A DNA stretch of 46,662 nt from a virus (IMGVR_UViG_3300046058_000046:1-46662), one strand, 5' to 3'; counted from the stretch's first letter, positions 1 to 9,003 are shown. The notes: generated by a model not told the origin, from the sequence alone. Translations and numbers: made by a program.

Positions 1-1
1 C

Positions 2-55
2 GTCGACTATTCCGGACAGCTCCAGAAGGCGCAGATGGACTCGGTCGAAGACTAA
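2..55 (+). repeat. attL core, 54-bp direct repeat
   Basis: GTCGACTATTCCGGACAGCTCCAGAAGGCGCAGATGGACTCGGTCGAAGACTAA is identical to 45261-45314. It reads VDYSGQLQKAQMDSVED-stop with GC-rich third positions, i.e. the 3' end of a host CDS. Confidence 0.95.
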
Positions 56-165
56 AAATATCGGCCTTTCTGGCATCTCAAGACGATGTTTTGTAAACTT
101 CGGACATTCGCAGTGGATGAAGGGGCAATCATCCGTTGGACCCCCCTTCAATAATATTGTAATGC

Positions 166-633
166 ATGTCCGACACAGCGGAGGAACTCCACAACATCTT
201 CGCCCGGCGACGCGAGCGGCTCGAAGCTCAGGAGGACCGCACGCTTAGCGACTGGGACCTCTCGATCCTTCTTGACTGCTCCGAGCGCCACGTGCGACAT
301 CTCATGAGCTGGCCCGACGATGAGGTACGGCCGGCCTACGTCCTGGCCCTTGAGTACGCCCGAGAGGTCGGCGTCGACGAATGCGACCGCATTGTCGCCA
401 CGCGGCCCAACACGTTCGAGACGCTTCTCGAGGAGGTGACCCTTTCCCCGACGGAGGTCGCCCACATGCTGGGGATCGATCGCTCGACGCTCTACCGCTA
501 CACCCAGGATGATCGCGAGCTCGACGTGCCGAGGCATCACTACCTGGCCCTCCTCTACATTCATCACCTCTATGGCCGCGGGGCCGAGCCCCAGGCCTGT
601 CGGCAGCACATTGAGGTGTATGCAGGCGAATGA
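166..633 (+). CDS. Tandem helix-turn-helix protein
   Basis: Two similar units: LSDWDLSILLDCSERHVRHL...YVLALEY and LSPTEVAHMLGIDRSTLYRY...YLALLY. The second is a classic HTH. Convergent with the giant gene. Confidence 0.75.
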   Translation: MSDTAEELHNIFARRRERLEAQEDRTLSDWDLSILLDCSERHVRHLMSWPDDEVRPAYVLALEYAREVGVDECDRIVATRPNTFETLLEEVTLSPTEVAHMLGIDRSTLYRYTQDDRELDVPRHHYLALLYIHHLYGRGAEPQACRQHIEVYAGE

Positions 634-639
634 GGAGGG

Positions 640-3600
640 CTAGTTCTCCAGAACATCATCCAGAAGATCATCGATACGCCGCCGCCCCCCGGGCGGTCCG
701 GCACTCGCCTTTGAGCTGGTGTTTGCACGCGAACGGTCGGCGTTTGCGCGCGAACGCTCCGGGGACGCGTCGGCCCCGGAGCCGCCCACCACGACGTCCG
801 AGGTGCTGACGTCTCCCAGGGAGGCGCTCTCCTGGGGCGTGGGGCGCAGCTCGTCCGGCAGGTTCTCGAAGCGACCCTCCCGGATCATCTTGTACTTGAC
901 CTGGCGTCGCGTGTCGCGAATCACCTTGTCGATCTTCTCGACGTCCATGAGTTCGGGATTTTCGACGTTCAGGTCCATGCGGCGGAGCCGGTTTCGGCTG
1001 AGCTCGCCCGCTCGCCGGACGAAGTCGTGATACTCCTGCCGGGTCATCTGGACGTCGTGCTGCCGAAACTTGAAATGATCCCTCGGCTTCGCCGGCCAGA
1101 AACCATCCTCGTACGGCCGGGGCGGGTTCTGATTCTGCTCGTTGAAGTTCAAGATCAGCCGGTCCAGCTCAGTGGTCCGGTTCTGATTGCGGCGCCAAAG
1201 CGGAAGCGCGTTCTGGTAGAGGAAGTCCGTAAAGGGCGACATTCCCTCATAGCGCTCCAGCGGGCGCCCCCAGAGGTCCACCTTGGGCGGCGGGGCGTAC
1301 GCCTCCAGCGGAAGCGCCTCCTGGCCCATCGTCTGCAGAAAGTCGGCCGCGTACTCACGACCGCTGCTGCCGCGCACCTTGTAGTCCCGACGGACGTCGT
1401 CGGTCGTCTCGATCCCCTTCTGAATCAGGTTCGGGACGAACCCCGTCCCCACGTTGTTGACGATGTTGCCGGCAGTCGCCGGGTACTGGATCACCCGGTA
1501 GATGTCGCTGAGGCCCTGAATGAAGGGGTTATCCTTTGCCGCCTTCATCGGGCTCGACAGGATCTGGCCGAACGTCCACCGCCAGTCCTGTCCCTTCTGA
1601 GCATCCTCGAGCTCATTCCAGAGGTCGACGGTCATCGCCAGCATGCTCCCCAGCGGCTCCACGCGCCGGTAGCTGTAGTAGGTGTCCCCGATCTTGATGC
1701 TGTTCGGCTGCGGGCCCCGCTCGCGAAAGAACCGATACTGGCCCCGATCACGGAAGTCCGGCGCCGACCCGGTCAGGACCGGCTCGTCCTCCTCGTCGTC
1801 CCCCAGGACGAGACTGCCAATCGTGTAGAAGGCCGTCCAGGCAATCGTTTGCTCCGCGGCGTGGCGCGTAAAGTCGCGACGGCGGTACCGGAACGAGGCG
1901 TCGTCGGTCACGCCCATTTCGTAGAGGCCGTGGCCCATCATGCGCCACAGCAAGTTGGCCGCGCCGAACGGCGACTTGCGGATCGAGGTCTTGATGATGT
2001 TCGAGGGCGCATAGAGGAAGGGCACCTTGTACTCGAACATGGCGCCGAGAAAACCCTTTGTGTTGCGAAGCTGCAGCAATTTGTCGGAGATGGGCCCGAG
2101 GTCGCTCTGGAAGGCCAGACCCTGAGCCTTCTCCAGCGCGTTCATCGACGCCTCGCTGAAGGGGTCGCTCACCAGCTCGCTCACCCGCTCGGTAAGGGCC
2201 TCCCCCTCCAGCCCGTCGGCCTTGGCTATGCGGTAGGCCTCCGCGGCGATCTGCATCGAGTGGAAAATCGACTTCTGCATCTGGTCGGCCGCGTTGAGGA
2301 GCCGCCCGGGGATGCGCACGGTTCGGCCGGCGTCCAGCGGGCGCTCCAGGCCCATGTCTTCCAACCGGTCGTTGAGGGCGTCGACGAAGCGCCCCCCGCT
2401 CCCGATCGACACCTCGAACGCCTCTCGGCCCTGCACCTTCTGGTCGGTGGCCTTCTCGCGCCCCTGCGTCTCGAGCTCGTTCTCGAGCACCGGCGCCTCC
2501 AGGTCAAACGCCAGCTGGGCCCGGTGCCAGGCGCGCTCTAGTGTGGGAAGCAACGCCCCCCTCATGAACGCCTCGTGCTCCTCCCTCTCCGGGCTCCGAT
2601 CGTCAACGACGTCGGAAAGCTCGTTTGCCTCCGCAAGCTGCTGCTCGCGCTCGACGGTCGCCTCGTCGCCCAGGAGTTGGCGCCACGCCCTCGGGATCTC
2701 GGCCAGTCGCGGCGACTGGTTGCGGCCGCCGAAGACGCCGTCGGGAATCACCTCGTTGATCGAGGCCTCCACGAGGCGCTGCACCACAAAGTCCCATCCG
2801 GCGTGCACCAGGTTGCCGCCGAAGTTGACCCCCTGCGTCGTCATCGCAGAGAGGATCGAGTTGCGCCAATACTCAAAAAACTTGTCCCGAGCGCTTGCCT
2901 TTGCGGCGGAGGCCAGGCGTACGGCCTGGGCCATACGCTCCCGGTCGCGCACGCCCCCCTCCTCCACCAGCTGCTCGGGGCTGAGGCCCGCCTGGCGGAG
3001 CGCGTCCCGGATGTGGACGACCTGCTCGTTGTGATTGTCGAGCACGCGCCGGCGCTCGGCCTCCGTCTCGGCATTTTCCAACGCCTCGGCCGTTTGCCCA
3101 CCGGGCATGAAAATGCTTTCCAGGAGCCACTCCTTGCGCCGCTCTACCGGCGTCTTCTCGGGATCTCTCCCGGCTGCGAGCTCGCGGGCCGCGTCGGTGC
3201 GCTGCTCGCGGTAGGCGTTCACCATTTGAGCAAAGTGCTCCAGGGCCTCGTCCTCGCCCGACGCCAGGGCCTCCAGGCCCTCTCGATTGATGACCTTTTT
3301 GGCGGCCATGACGTCCGCGGCCCCGTCCATGTCCCCCTTGAAGAGGCGCTCCTTGGTGCCCTCGTAGTCGTCCTCGAGCATTCGACCCGCCTGCTCGCGC
3401 CACTGCTCAAACGACTCCCGATCAGGTCGCCCCTCGAAGTCTTCCCCCTCGGGCCGTTTTTCTTCCGGGATCTCCTCATCCGGCTTTCGTGACTCGTCGA
3501 CCACGTCAACCGTCGAGCGCACCTCTTCGTCGCTCGCCGGGTTGGCCAGCTCGGGACGGCCGGTCTGGGGATCGTCCTGGCGCTTCTCGAGCATCTCGTT

Positions 3601-6600
3601 AAACCGGCGCACGATCTCGTTCTCCTCCGGGAACTGCCGGCCCTCCTGGTCACCTTCCTGATCCCCCTCCTGGGATTGATTTCCCTCCGTCGGCTGCCGG
3701 CTGAATCTGGCTTCTGGGGACCCTCCGCTCGAACCATCATCGTTCCGGGTCGTAGTATCATCTGCCTCCGCTCCCGCATCGGGACGAGAACGTGTAGGCC
3801 CGGTGCGCGTAGGGCCGGTCGAATCGTACGCTTCACCGGTTCCATCGGAGGCTTTTTTCTTTTCTGCCATCTCATATCCGGTGAGAAGCCACGTCTCCCG
3901 GTTCCCGTGCCGGAAAAGGGAGAGAACAGCCTTGTGGCCGTCATATTCGATGTCCACACGCCGAGCTTGCTCGGGGCCGTATTCCCGATCGACCGTTCCA
4001 TAGGCAAGAACCTCCACCATCTTCCGAGCCACTTGCTCACCGTCATTGCTCGTGCGGTCTCTCTTGGCAATGATGTGAGAAACGCCATGCCCCCCGGCAA
4101 AATTCTGGCTCGGATCGCCGGGCTCTCCCCATAGAAAGCTAATCGGCCCTACATCTGGCCGGGTCATGGCTTCTGGGACATCCTCCTGCTCAGCGATCAC
4201 CCGATCCATCGCCCGGGCCCCCTTCCGGAAGGCCTCATCCGGGTCAGAGTCTCCAGACTGCCGGCTAAATTGAACTGCCCCGTTTTGCGCGCGAACGCCC
4301 GTCCCCACGCCCTGTCCCTCCCGCCGGCGCAGATGATCGGCGGCCGCTCGCAACATCTCCCGGAGGTCGGGCTCGCTCATTTCCTGCCCCGTGACGCGGG
4401 CCATCGCGCGCTGTAGGGCTTCCACCAGGCGCTGCCAGAGGTTCGGGTCCAGGTCGACGTCCTCGGCCAGCGTGGCAGCCAGCTCCTCGGCCATAAAGGC
4501 CTTGCTCTCCTCGGTGAGGCTGCCGTCGCCCGTGCGCTCGATCTGATCGGCATACGCCTCGAAGAGGCCGTGCTCCTCAAAGGCCTCCTTCCCAAGGGCC
4601 TCGTAGACGTCGGCAAGAACCTCGGTCTTGTGTTCGCCCAGCAGGCCGTCCAATCCGCGGTGGGCCACCACCTCGTGCATGTAGGCCTGGCGGGCCACCT
4701 CTTCCAGGGACGGGTCGGACTGGTCGGCCACGCGCCGGAGACTCTCGGCCAGAAGGTACACCTGCCCATCCGGACTCGTCAGGGCCGGTTGCTCGAAACT
4801 CTCCCCAATCTGGTCTTGCCAGAACTCGTAGACGACGCGCACATGGTCCGGGAGCGCGTCGGAGTTGGGCACCACCGGCACGCGGGGCAACCCAAAGCGG
4901 TCGGCCGTCTCGTTGGCCGTCTCTCGGACGGTTCGCTCGGCCTCGGAGGCGTCGGCGCCGGACGTTCCTTCCTGTTCAGCGGCCGTTTCCTCTTCTAGCT
5001 GAGTAGGTCGGGACTGATCTGGATCGCCCCTTCTTTCAGATAGATCGTCGTCGGCCCCGGCCCCGCGTTGCTGCTCGGTGCGGCGGGCTCGTCCCTCTCG
5101 GGGCCTTCCCCGGCGTCGCTGGAACGGCGCCTGCTCGACGGGGCCGAGCTCGCCTTCGGACCCCGATCGGTCAGCAGGTCGCTCGCGCGCTTGCGTCGCT
5201 TGCTGGGCATCGGTAGATGTGCGCTGTTCGGAATAGGCCCGATCGATCAGCTCCCCGAGCAAACTGTCGGTGAGGCGAACGCCGGTGACCTCTCGAAATC
5301 GACTGCGCAGGCGCTGCACCTCCTGCGGCTCACCCGTGCGCCGGCGCCGAGGGTACTGGCGCAGGATGTCAATGACCTCTTGCTCGCTTACTTCACGGCC
5401 CACGATCTCTGACAGTTCCTTGGCGTACGTGTCGAGGGCCCGCCCCTCCCTCGAAAGCCAGTTGAGACCCAGCTCGGGATTGTCCCGCCGAAAGTTCGGG
5501 TCGCTCACGCGGTCGAAGCTGCGCGTGGAAATGCGGGGCCCGTCCAGCACCTCGGCCACCAGGTTGTCCTCGTCCTGTACACTCGAGATCGCCTCGCTCT
5601 CTTGGGCCACAGCGACTGCCTCGGCGATCTCGAGCGGGTTGCTGCTCTCGGCGGCCACCCGCTCGAGATACTGGTCGAGACGCAGGCGCTCCCCCTCCGG
5701 CGTGGTGGCTTCCTCGGCCGAGCGGCCGCGGCCCTCCTCTAGGGCTTCAGCCTCATTGGCCAGGTATTCGGCCACAACACGGTTGTAGTTTGACGAGCGG
5801 CCGTCCACCTGCCGACCGGTCTCCAGGTTGGTCACCTCGATGGTGGCTCCGTCCTCTCCGCCCCTCGGGTCGATCCCGTAGCGTCCATCTTCGTCGCGCC
5901 TCGTGGGCAGCTCCGGCTGTTCTCGGATCTCCCGGCCCGTGGCCTCCTCTACGTCCCGAATCGCCTCATCAAGCCGCTGTCGGGCCTCAAACGACGCCTC
6001 GGCACTTCGCTCTTCAGCGACGGCAGCTCGGGCGTTCTCGAGTCGCTCCCTGAGCTCGCGACTGGCGTCCTCGGACTCCTCCAGGGCCTGTTGGGCCTCG
6101 TCAGCGCGCCCGATGTCGCGGGCCTGGCGCTGCAGCCGGCGAAGCCGGGCCTCCGCGTCGCGTCGTCGTTTGGGGTCGGCCCGCTCGTGGCCCCGCTCCT
6201 CGGCGTAGCGCTGACGGGCCACGTCGCGCGTGGCGTCCCGGATGGATTGTTCTAGGTTTTCAGTGTCTCCATCCGTTTCTTGGAGGCGATTTCGAGCAGA
6301 AGCAACTCGGTCTGTTTCCTCTCGCGTAAGATGCTCGGCACGGGACCCCCCGCGCTCGTAGAACTCGTCGATCTCGCGGTTGACTTGCTCGGCCGTAGCC
6401 CGCTCAGTAGCGTCGGCGTCGGGCGCTGCAGGAGCTTCCTCCTCTGCTCGTGCAGGTGGTCCCTCCACATCTGGGTCACCCGCTGATTGAGCAGGCGGGT
6501 CTTCATCGCCTCGATCACGAGCTGAAGCTTCAGCAGTTTGATTTTGAACATCACTCTCGTCCAGGTCTGATTCTAAGGTCTGTTGGGCGTCGCGCGCTTC

Positions 6601-9003
6601 TCGCCTTCGATCGGGCGCCTGTTGCCGACGGTTTCGCTCGATCTCCCGGGCGGCCTCCAGGCCGGCCTCGGCGCTCTGCACCTGCTCGACGGCGTCGGTG
6701 ACGGCGGTAGAGAGGCCGCGGCCCACGTCCTCCTCGAACAGCGTGCCGGTCTGTGGTTCCTCTTCCTGCTGTTGCTCGCCGGCCTCCTCGGTCTCTCCCT
6801 CGGGAAAGAGCGTTTCCTGATCGCCGCTGCGGCGCTGAATCTCGGCGTTCACGGCCTGCCGGACGTGCTCGTTCTCTGCATCCTCCCGGAGCGTGGCCAA
6901 TTCCTCGTCCGAAGCATCCTCGAGGACACTGCGGAGCTGCGTGCGGGCCTCCTCGGCCTCGGTTTCGGCCTCCCGACGGCGCTGTTCGGCTTCTTGAACG
7001 CCCTCGTCCACCTGCTCCTCGGGGCGCGTCTGCCTGCGGCGGCCCATGTCCGGATCTAAGGAGCCCTGCTCCACGCGCCGCCCCATCTCATCGTGCACCG
7101 CCTCCAGCGTTTCGGTGTCGTCGGCAGAGCGGGCCTGCTCCTCGAGCCGGGACAGCTCCTCCGGCGCGACGTCGGCAAAGGGCCGCTCCTCCGTCTCGGG
7201 GTCCGCCTGTTCCTCTTCCGCCTGGACGTTCTCTGTCCGAGGTTCGGGGGCCGCATCCGTATCCTGTTCGGGTTCTACATCGGCGGCCGGTGCTTCGGCC
7301 CCTTCCGGAGCAGCCGTCCCCTCTCCCCTTTCCTCTTCCGTTTGCGCGCGAACGTCCTCCCCAGGGGTCCCCTGTGGCTCGCCCCCGACCTGGTCGGCCC
7401 GATCGGCCGCCGGCGCCTGATTCGGTGGGGCTGGCTCGCCCTGCGCCTGTTGCTCGCCCGTCCGCCGCTCCATCTCCCCGAGGACCACGCCGGCCCGCAC
7501 CGGGTCGGTCTCCCCGGCCGTGGCCTCCTCGTACAGCTGGGCCAGCTCCTCGTCGGTGGCTCCCTGCACCTCTTCTTCAAGGGCGCCGGTGTCCACTTGT
7601 CCCTCGGGATCGGCCACCTCGTACTCCCCCCGGGCCGCAGCCCGGAGGCGCTCGCGATCGGTCCCCCCTTCGGGATCTCTTGCCCTCGACCCAGCTCCTC
7701 GCCGCCCCCCGGCAAGCGTCGTAATCGCGTTGAGAAGAAAGCCAACACCTCCTCCCGTCTCAGCGGCTTCTCGAACCCCCTTCAGTGGACCACGTCCTGG
7801 ATCGAACTCCCGAGCGGCCAAATTCCGCATCACCTCTCCTGCGGTCTCCTGAGAAGCTTCTTCCAGGGCACCGATGCCAACCTGGAGCGCCTTTCGCCGC
7901 AATCGCTCGGGAACGGCGCGAGAGAGGGCTCTCTCGACAGGGAGAATTTCACTCGCACCGGCCACCGCGGCAAGAGGCGCGCTTTGCTGCACCTCCTCCG
8001 CAGTGGCCCCTTCCGATGGGGGTCGGTCACGAAGCTCGGCCTGCCGCCGCTCCCGTCGGGCCTGCCCAATCATTTCGCCCTCGCTCCCTGCGATGCCCAG
8101 TATGCCCCCCACAGGAAGACTCAATGGGCCAGACGCCGCCGACCCGGCAATGAATGGAGCCACGCTCCCGAGTCCCTCCAGTGTCCGCATGACAAACTGC
8201 CGGCGCTCTTTGGAATTGACCTCAGGCAAGCGCTGTTCGGCAAACCGGCGCACGCCTTCCGCGAGTTCGGCCTCTGTGCTCTCTCCTTCCAGCGTCTCTC
8301 GAATGCGCCGCCGCTGGGCCCGAGAAATCTCTCGGTGTCGCTTTACCTGCGGACTTTCTCCCTCTACCCGCTCCGCGGCCGCTCCTGAGCGTTGAGCGGG
8401 AGCGGGAATGGCACTGCTCCCCTCAATCATGGCGGCCGTCATATCGGCGGCCCCCCGAACGGGGGCAGTGAGATATTCGAGGGCACTCTGGACAGCTGTT
8501 TCCTCGGGCTGCTGTAAGTGATCAGAGACGTCCCCCTCCCGGTTCGTCGGATCGGGCGGCTGAGGATCCGGGACGCCGGAAATGTTGGGCTCCGCCACGG
8601 CTTCTCCGTCCCCGGTTCGGAATGCGGCCTCGCCGGCATCAGAGAGAACACGGTCGATCCGACGCCGCGGATCGCGTCGCTGGTCACCCTCCTGGCTTTC
8701 GTCGTCGTCCGTGTGCATACCCGCGTCCCCGGCGCCTCCGTCTTCGGAAAGCCGCTGGTTGATCCGCTCCAACGGATTCCGCTGGGCAGACTCCTGTTGG
8801 GTGGACGAGTCCGGTTGTGCCGCTCCGTCCCCTCCCGATGACTGTTGGGCCTGCATGGAGGTCCGGAGGGCATTCTCGACCGTGACCGGCCCGCTGAAAA
8901 GACCCGAGTCCGGGTGGGCCTGCGAGCCACCCGCGGCCGTCCCCCCCTGCTGCTCAAGCCGTCGCCGGATGCGCTCGAGAGGATCTCGCTCGTCGGTTTC
9001 CAT
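640..9003 (-). CDS. Large polyvalent/ejection protein (2787 aa) with zincin-like peptidase, PBECR1-like RNase and LPD38-like C-terminal region
   Basis: HEVVAHRGL...EELAA zincin-like motif at ~4340-4900. ISFLWG...GGHGVSHIIAKR...TWLLTGYE resembles PBECR1 at ~3870-4240. C-terminal NSIKIGDTYYSYRRVEPLG resembles internal-virion/LPD38 regions. Last gene of the late operon. Confidence 0.8.
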   Translation of the reverse strand: METDERDPLERIRRRLEQQGGTAAGGSQAHPDSGLFSGPVTVENALRTSMQAQQSSGGDGAAQPDSSTQQESAQRNPLERINQRLSEDGGAGDAGMHTDDDESQEGDQRRDPRRRIDRVLSDAGEAAFRTGDGEAVAEPNISGVPDPQPPDPTNREGDVSDHLQQPEETAVQSALEYLTAPVRGAADMTAAMIEGSSAIPAPAQRSGAAAERVEGESPQVKRHREISRAQRRRIRETLEGESTEAELAEGVRRFAEQRLPEVNSKERRQFVMRTLEGLGSVAPFIAGSAASGPLSLPVGGILGIAGSEGEMIGQARRERRQAELRDRPPSEGATAEEVQQSAPLAAVAGASEILPVERALSRAVPERLRRKALQVGIGALEEASQETAGEVMRNLAAREFDPGRGPLKGVREAAETGGGVGFLLNAITTLAGGRRGAGSRARDPEGGTDRERLRAAARGEYEVADPEGQVDTGALEEEVQGATDEELAQLYEEATAGETDPVRAGVVLGEMERRTGEQQAQGEPAPPNQAPAADRADQVGGEPQGTPGEDVRAQTEEERGEGTAAPEGAEAPAADVEPEQDTDAAPEPRTENVQAEEEQADPETEERPFADVAPEELSRLEEQARSADDTETLEAVHDEMGRRVEQGSLDPDMGRRRQTRPEEQVDEGVQEAEQRRREAETEAEEARTQLRSVLEDASDEELATLREDAENEHVRQAVNAEIQRRSGDQETLFPEGETEEAGEQQQEEEPQTGTLFEEDVGRGLSTAVTDAVEQVQSAEAGLEAAREIERNRRQQAPDRRREARDAQQTLESDLDESDVQNQTAEASARDRGDEDPPAQSAGDPDVEGPPARAEEEAPAAPDADATERATAEQVNREIDEFYERGGSRAEHLTREETDRVASARNRLQETDGDTENLEQSIRDATRDVARQRYAEERGHERADPKRRRDAEARLRRLQRQARDIGRADEAQQALEESEDASRELRERLENARAAVAEERSAEASFEARQRLDEAIRDVEEATGREIREQPELPTRRDEDGRYGIDPRGGEDGATIEVTNLETGRQVDGRSSNYNRVVAEYLANEAEALEEGRGRSAEEATTPEGERLRLDQYLERVAAESSNPLEIAEAVAVAQESEAISSVQDEDNLVAEVLDGPRISTRSFDRVSDPNFRRDNPELGLNWLSREGRALDTYAKELSEIVGREVSEQEVIDILRQYPRRRRTGEPQEVQRLRSRFREVTGVRLTDSLLGELIDRAYSEQRTSTDAQQATQARERPADRSGSEGELGPVEQAPFQRRRGRPREGRARRTEQQRGAGADDDLSERRGDPDQSRPTQLEEETAAEQEGTSGADASEAERTVRETANETADRFGLPRVPVVPNSDALPDHVRVVYEFWQDQIGESFEQPALTSPDGQVYLLAESLRRVADQSDPSLEEVARQAYMHEVVAHRGLDGLLGEHKTEVLADVYEALGKEAFEEHGLFEAYADQIERTGDGSLTEESKAFMAEELAATLAEDVDLDPNLWQRLVEALQRAMARVTGQEMSEPDLREMLRAAADHLRRREGQGVGTGVRAQNGAVQFSRQSGDSDPDEAFRKGARAMDRVIAEQEDVPEAMTRPDVGPISFLWGEPGDPSQNFAGGHGVSHIIAKRDRTSNDGEQVARKMVEVLAYGTVDREYGPEQARRVDIEYDGHKAVLSLFRHGNRETWLLTGYEMAEKKKASDGTGEAYDSTGPTRTGPTRSRPDAGAEADDTTTRNDDGSSGGSPEARFSRQPTEGNQSQEGDQEGDQEGRQFPEENEIVRRFNEMLEKRQDDPQTGRPELANPASDEEVRSTVDVVDESRKPDEEIPEEKRPEGEDFEGRPDRESFEQWREQAGRMLEDDYEGTKERLFKGDMDGAADVMAAKKVINREGLEALASGEDEALEHFAQMVNAYREQRTDAARELAAGRDPEKTPVERRKEWLLESIFMPGGQTAEALENAETEAERRRVLDNHNEQVVHIRDALRQAGLSPEQLVEEGGVRDRERMAQAVRLASAAKASARDKFFEYWRNSILSAMTTQGVNFGGNLVHAGWDFVVQRLVEASINEVIPDGVFGGRNQSPRLAEIPRAWRQLLGDEATVEREQQLAEANELSDVVDDRSPEREEHEAFMRGALLPTLERAWHRAQLAFDLEAPVLENELETQGREKATDQKVQGREAFEVSIGSGGRFVDALNDRLEDMGLERPLDAGRTVRIPGRLLNAADQMQKSIFHSMQIAAEAYRIAKADGLEGEALTERVSELVSDPFSEASMNALEKAQGLAFQSDLGPISDKLLQLRNTKGFLGAMFEYKVPFLYAPSNIIKTSIRKSPFGAANLLWRMMGHGLYEMGVTDDASFRYRRRDFTRHAAEQTIAWTAFYTIGSLVLGDDEEDEPVLTGSAPDFRDRGQYRFFRERGPQPNSIKIGDTYYSYRRVEPLGSMLAMTVDLWNELEDAQKGQDWRWTFGQILSSPMKAAKDNPFIQGLSDIYRVIQYPATAGNIVNNVGTGFVPNLIQKGIETTDDVRRDYKVRGSSGREYAADFLQTMGQEALPLEAYAPPPKVDLWGRPLERYEGMSPFTDFLYQNALPLWRRNQNRTTELDRLILNFNEQNQNPPRPYEDGFWPAKPRDHFKFRQHDVQMTRQEYHDFVRRAGELSRNRLRRMDLNVENPELMDVEKIDKVIRDTRRQVKYKMIREGRFENLPDELRPTPQESASLGDVSTSDVVVGGSGADASPERSRANADRSRANTSSKASAGPPGGRRRIDDLLDDVLEN
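3764..3863 (+). ncRNA. Candidate antisense cloverleaf small RNA nested in the giant gene
   Basis: TAGTAT -10-like hexamer at 3753-3758. Closing stem GCCTCCG(3764-3770)/CGGAGGC(3846-3852), three internal hairpins, then TTTTTTCTTTT. Confidence 0.5.
4995..5210 (-). CDS. Candidate overprinted small ORF in a linker of the giant gene
   Basis: ATG start in a shifted frame. Its ends use G/C-ending codons where the main frame switches to A/T-ending codons. Confidence 0.3.
   Translation of the reverse strand: MPSKRRKRASDLLTDRGPKASSAPSSRRRSSDAGEGPERDEPAAPSSNAGPGPTTIYLKEGAIQISPDLLS
6252..6551 (-). CDS. Candidate overprinted basic helical protein in a linker of the giant gene
   Basis: MFKIKLLKLQLVIEAMKTRLLNQRV... 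uses CTG/AAG/CAG/ATC/GAG codons while the main frame has GAT GTT CAA AAT CAA ACT GCT. TAGAAT -10-like hexamer at 6575-6570, 18 nt upstream of the ATG. Confidence 0.45.
   Translation of the reverse strand: MFKIKLLKLQLVIEAMKTRLLNQRVTQMWRDHLHEQRRKLLQRPTPTLLSGLRPSKSTARSTSSTSAGGPVPSILRERKQTELLLLEIASKKRMETLKT

Noticed and set aside
1027-2541. Long + strand ORFs opposite phage genes (also 7093-8388, 20377-21912, 22586-23947, 26661-28484, 29470-30999)
   Set aside because: Antisense shadows of GC3-biased genes; no motifs, and the minus-strand products are recognisable.
3219-4100. 293-aa shifted-frame ORF over the PBECR region
   Set aside because: Low-complexity R/P/S/T product. Local codon oddity is better explained by a foreign domain and the antisense RNA.
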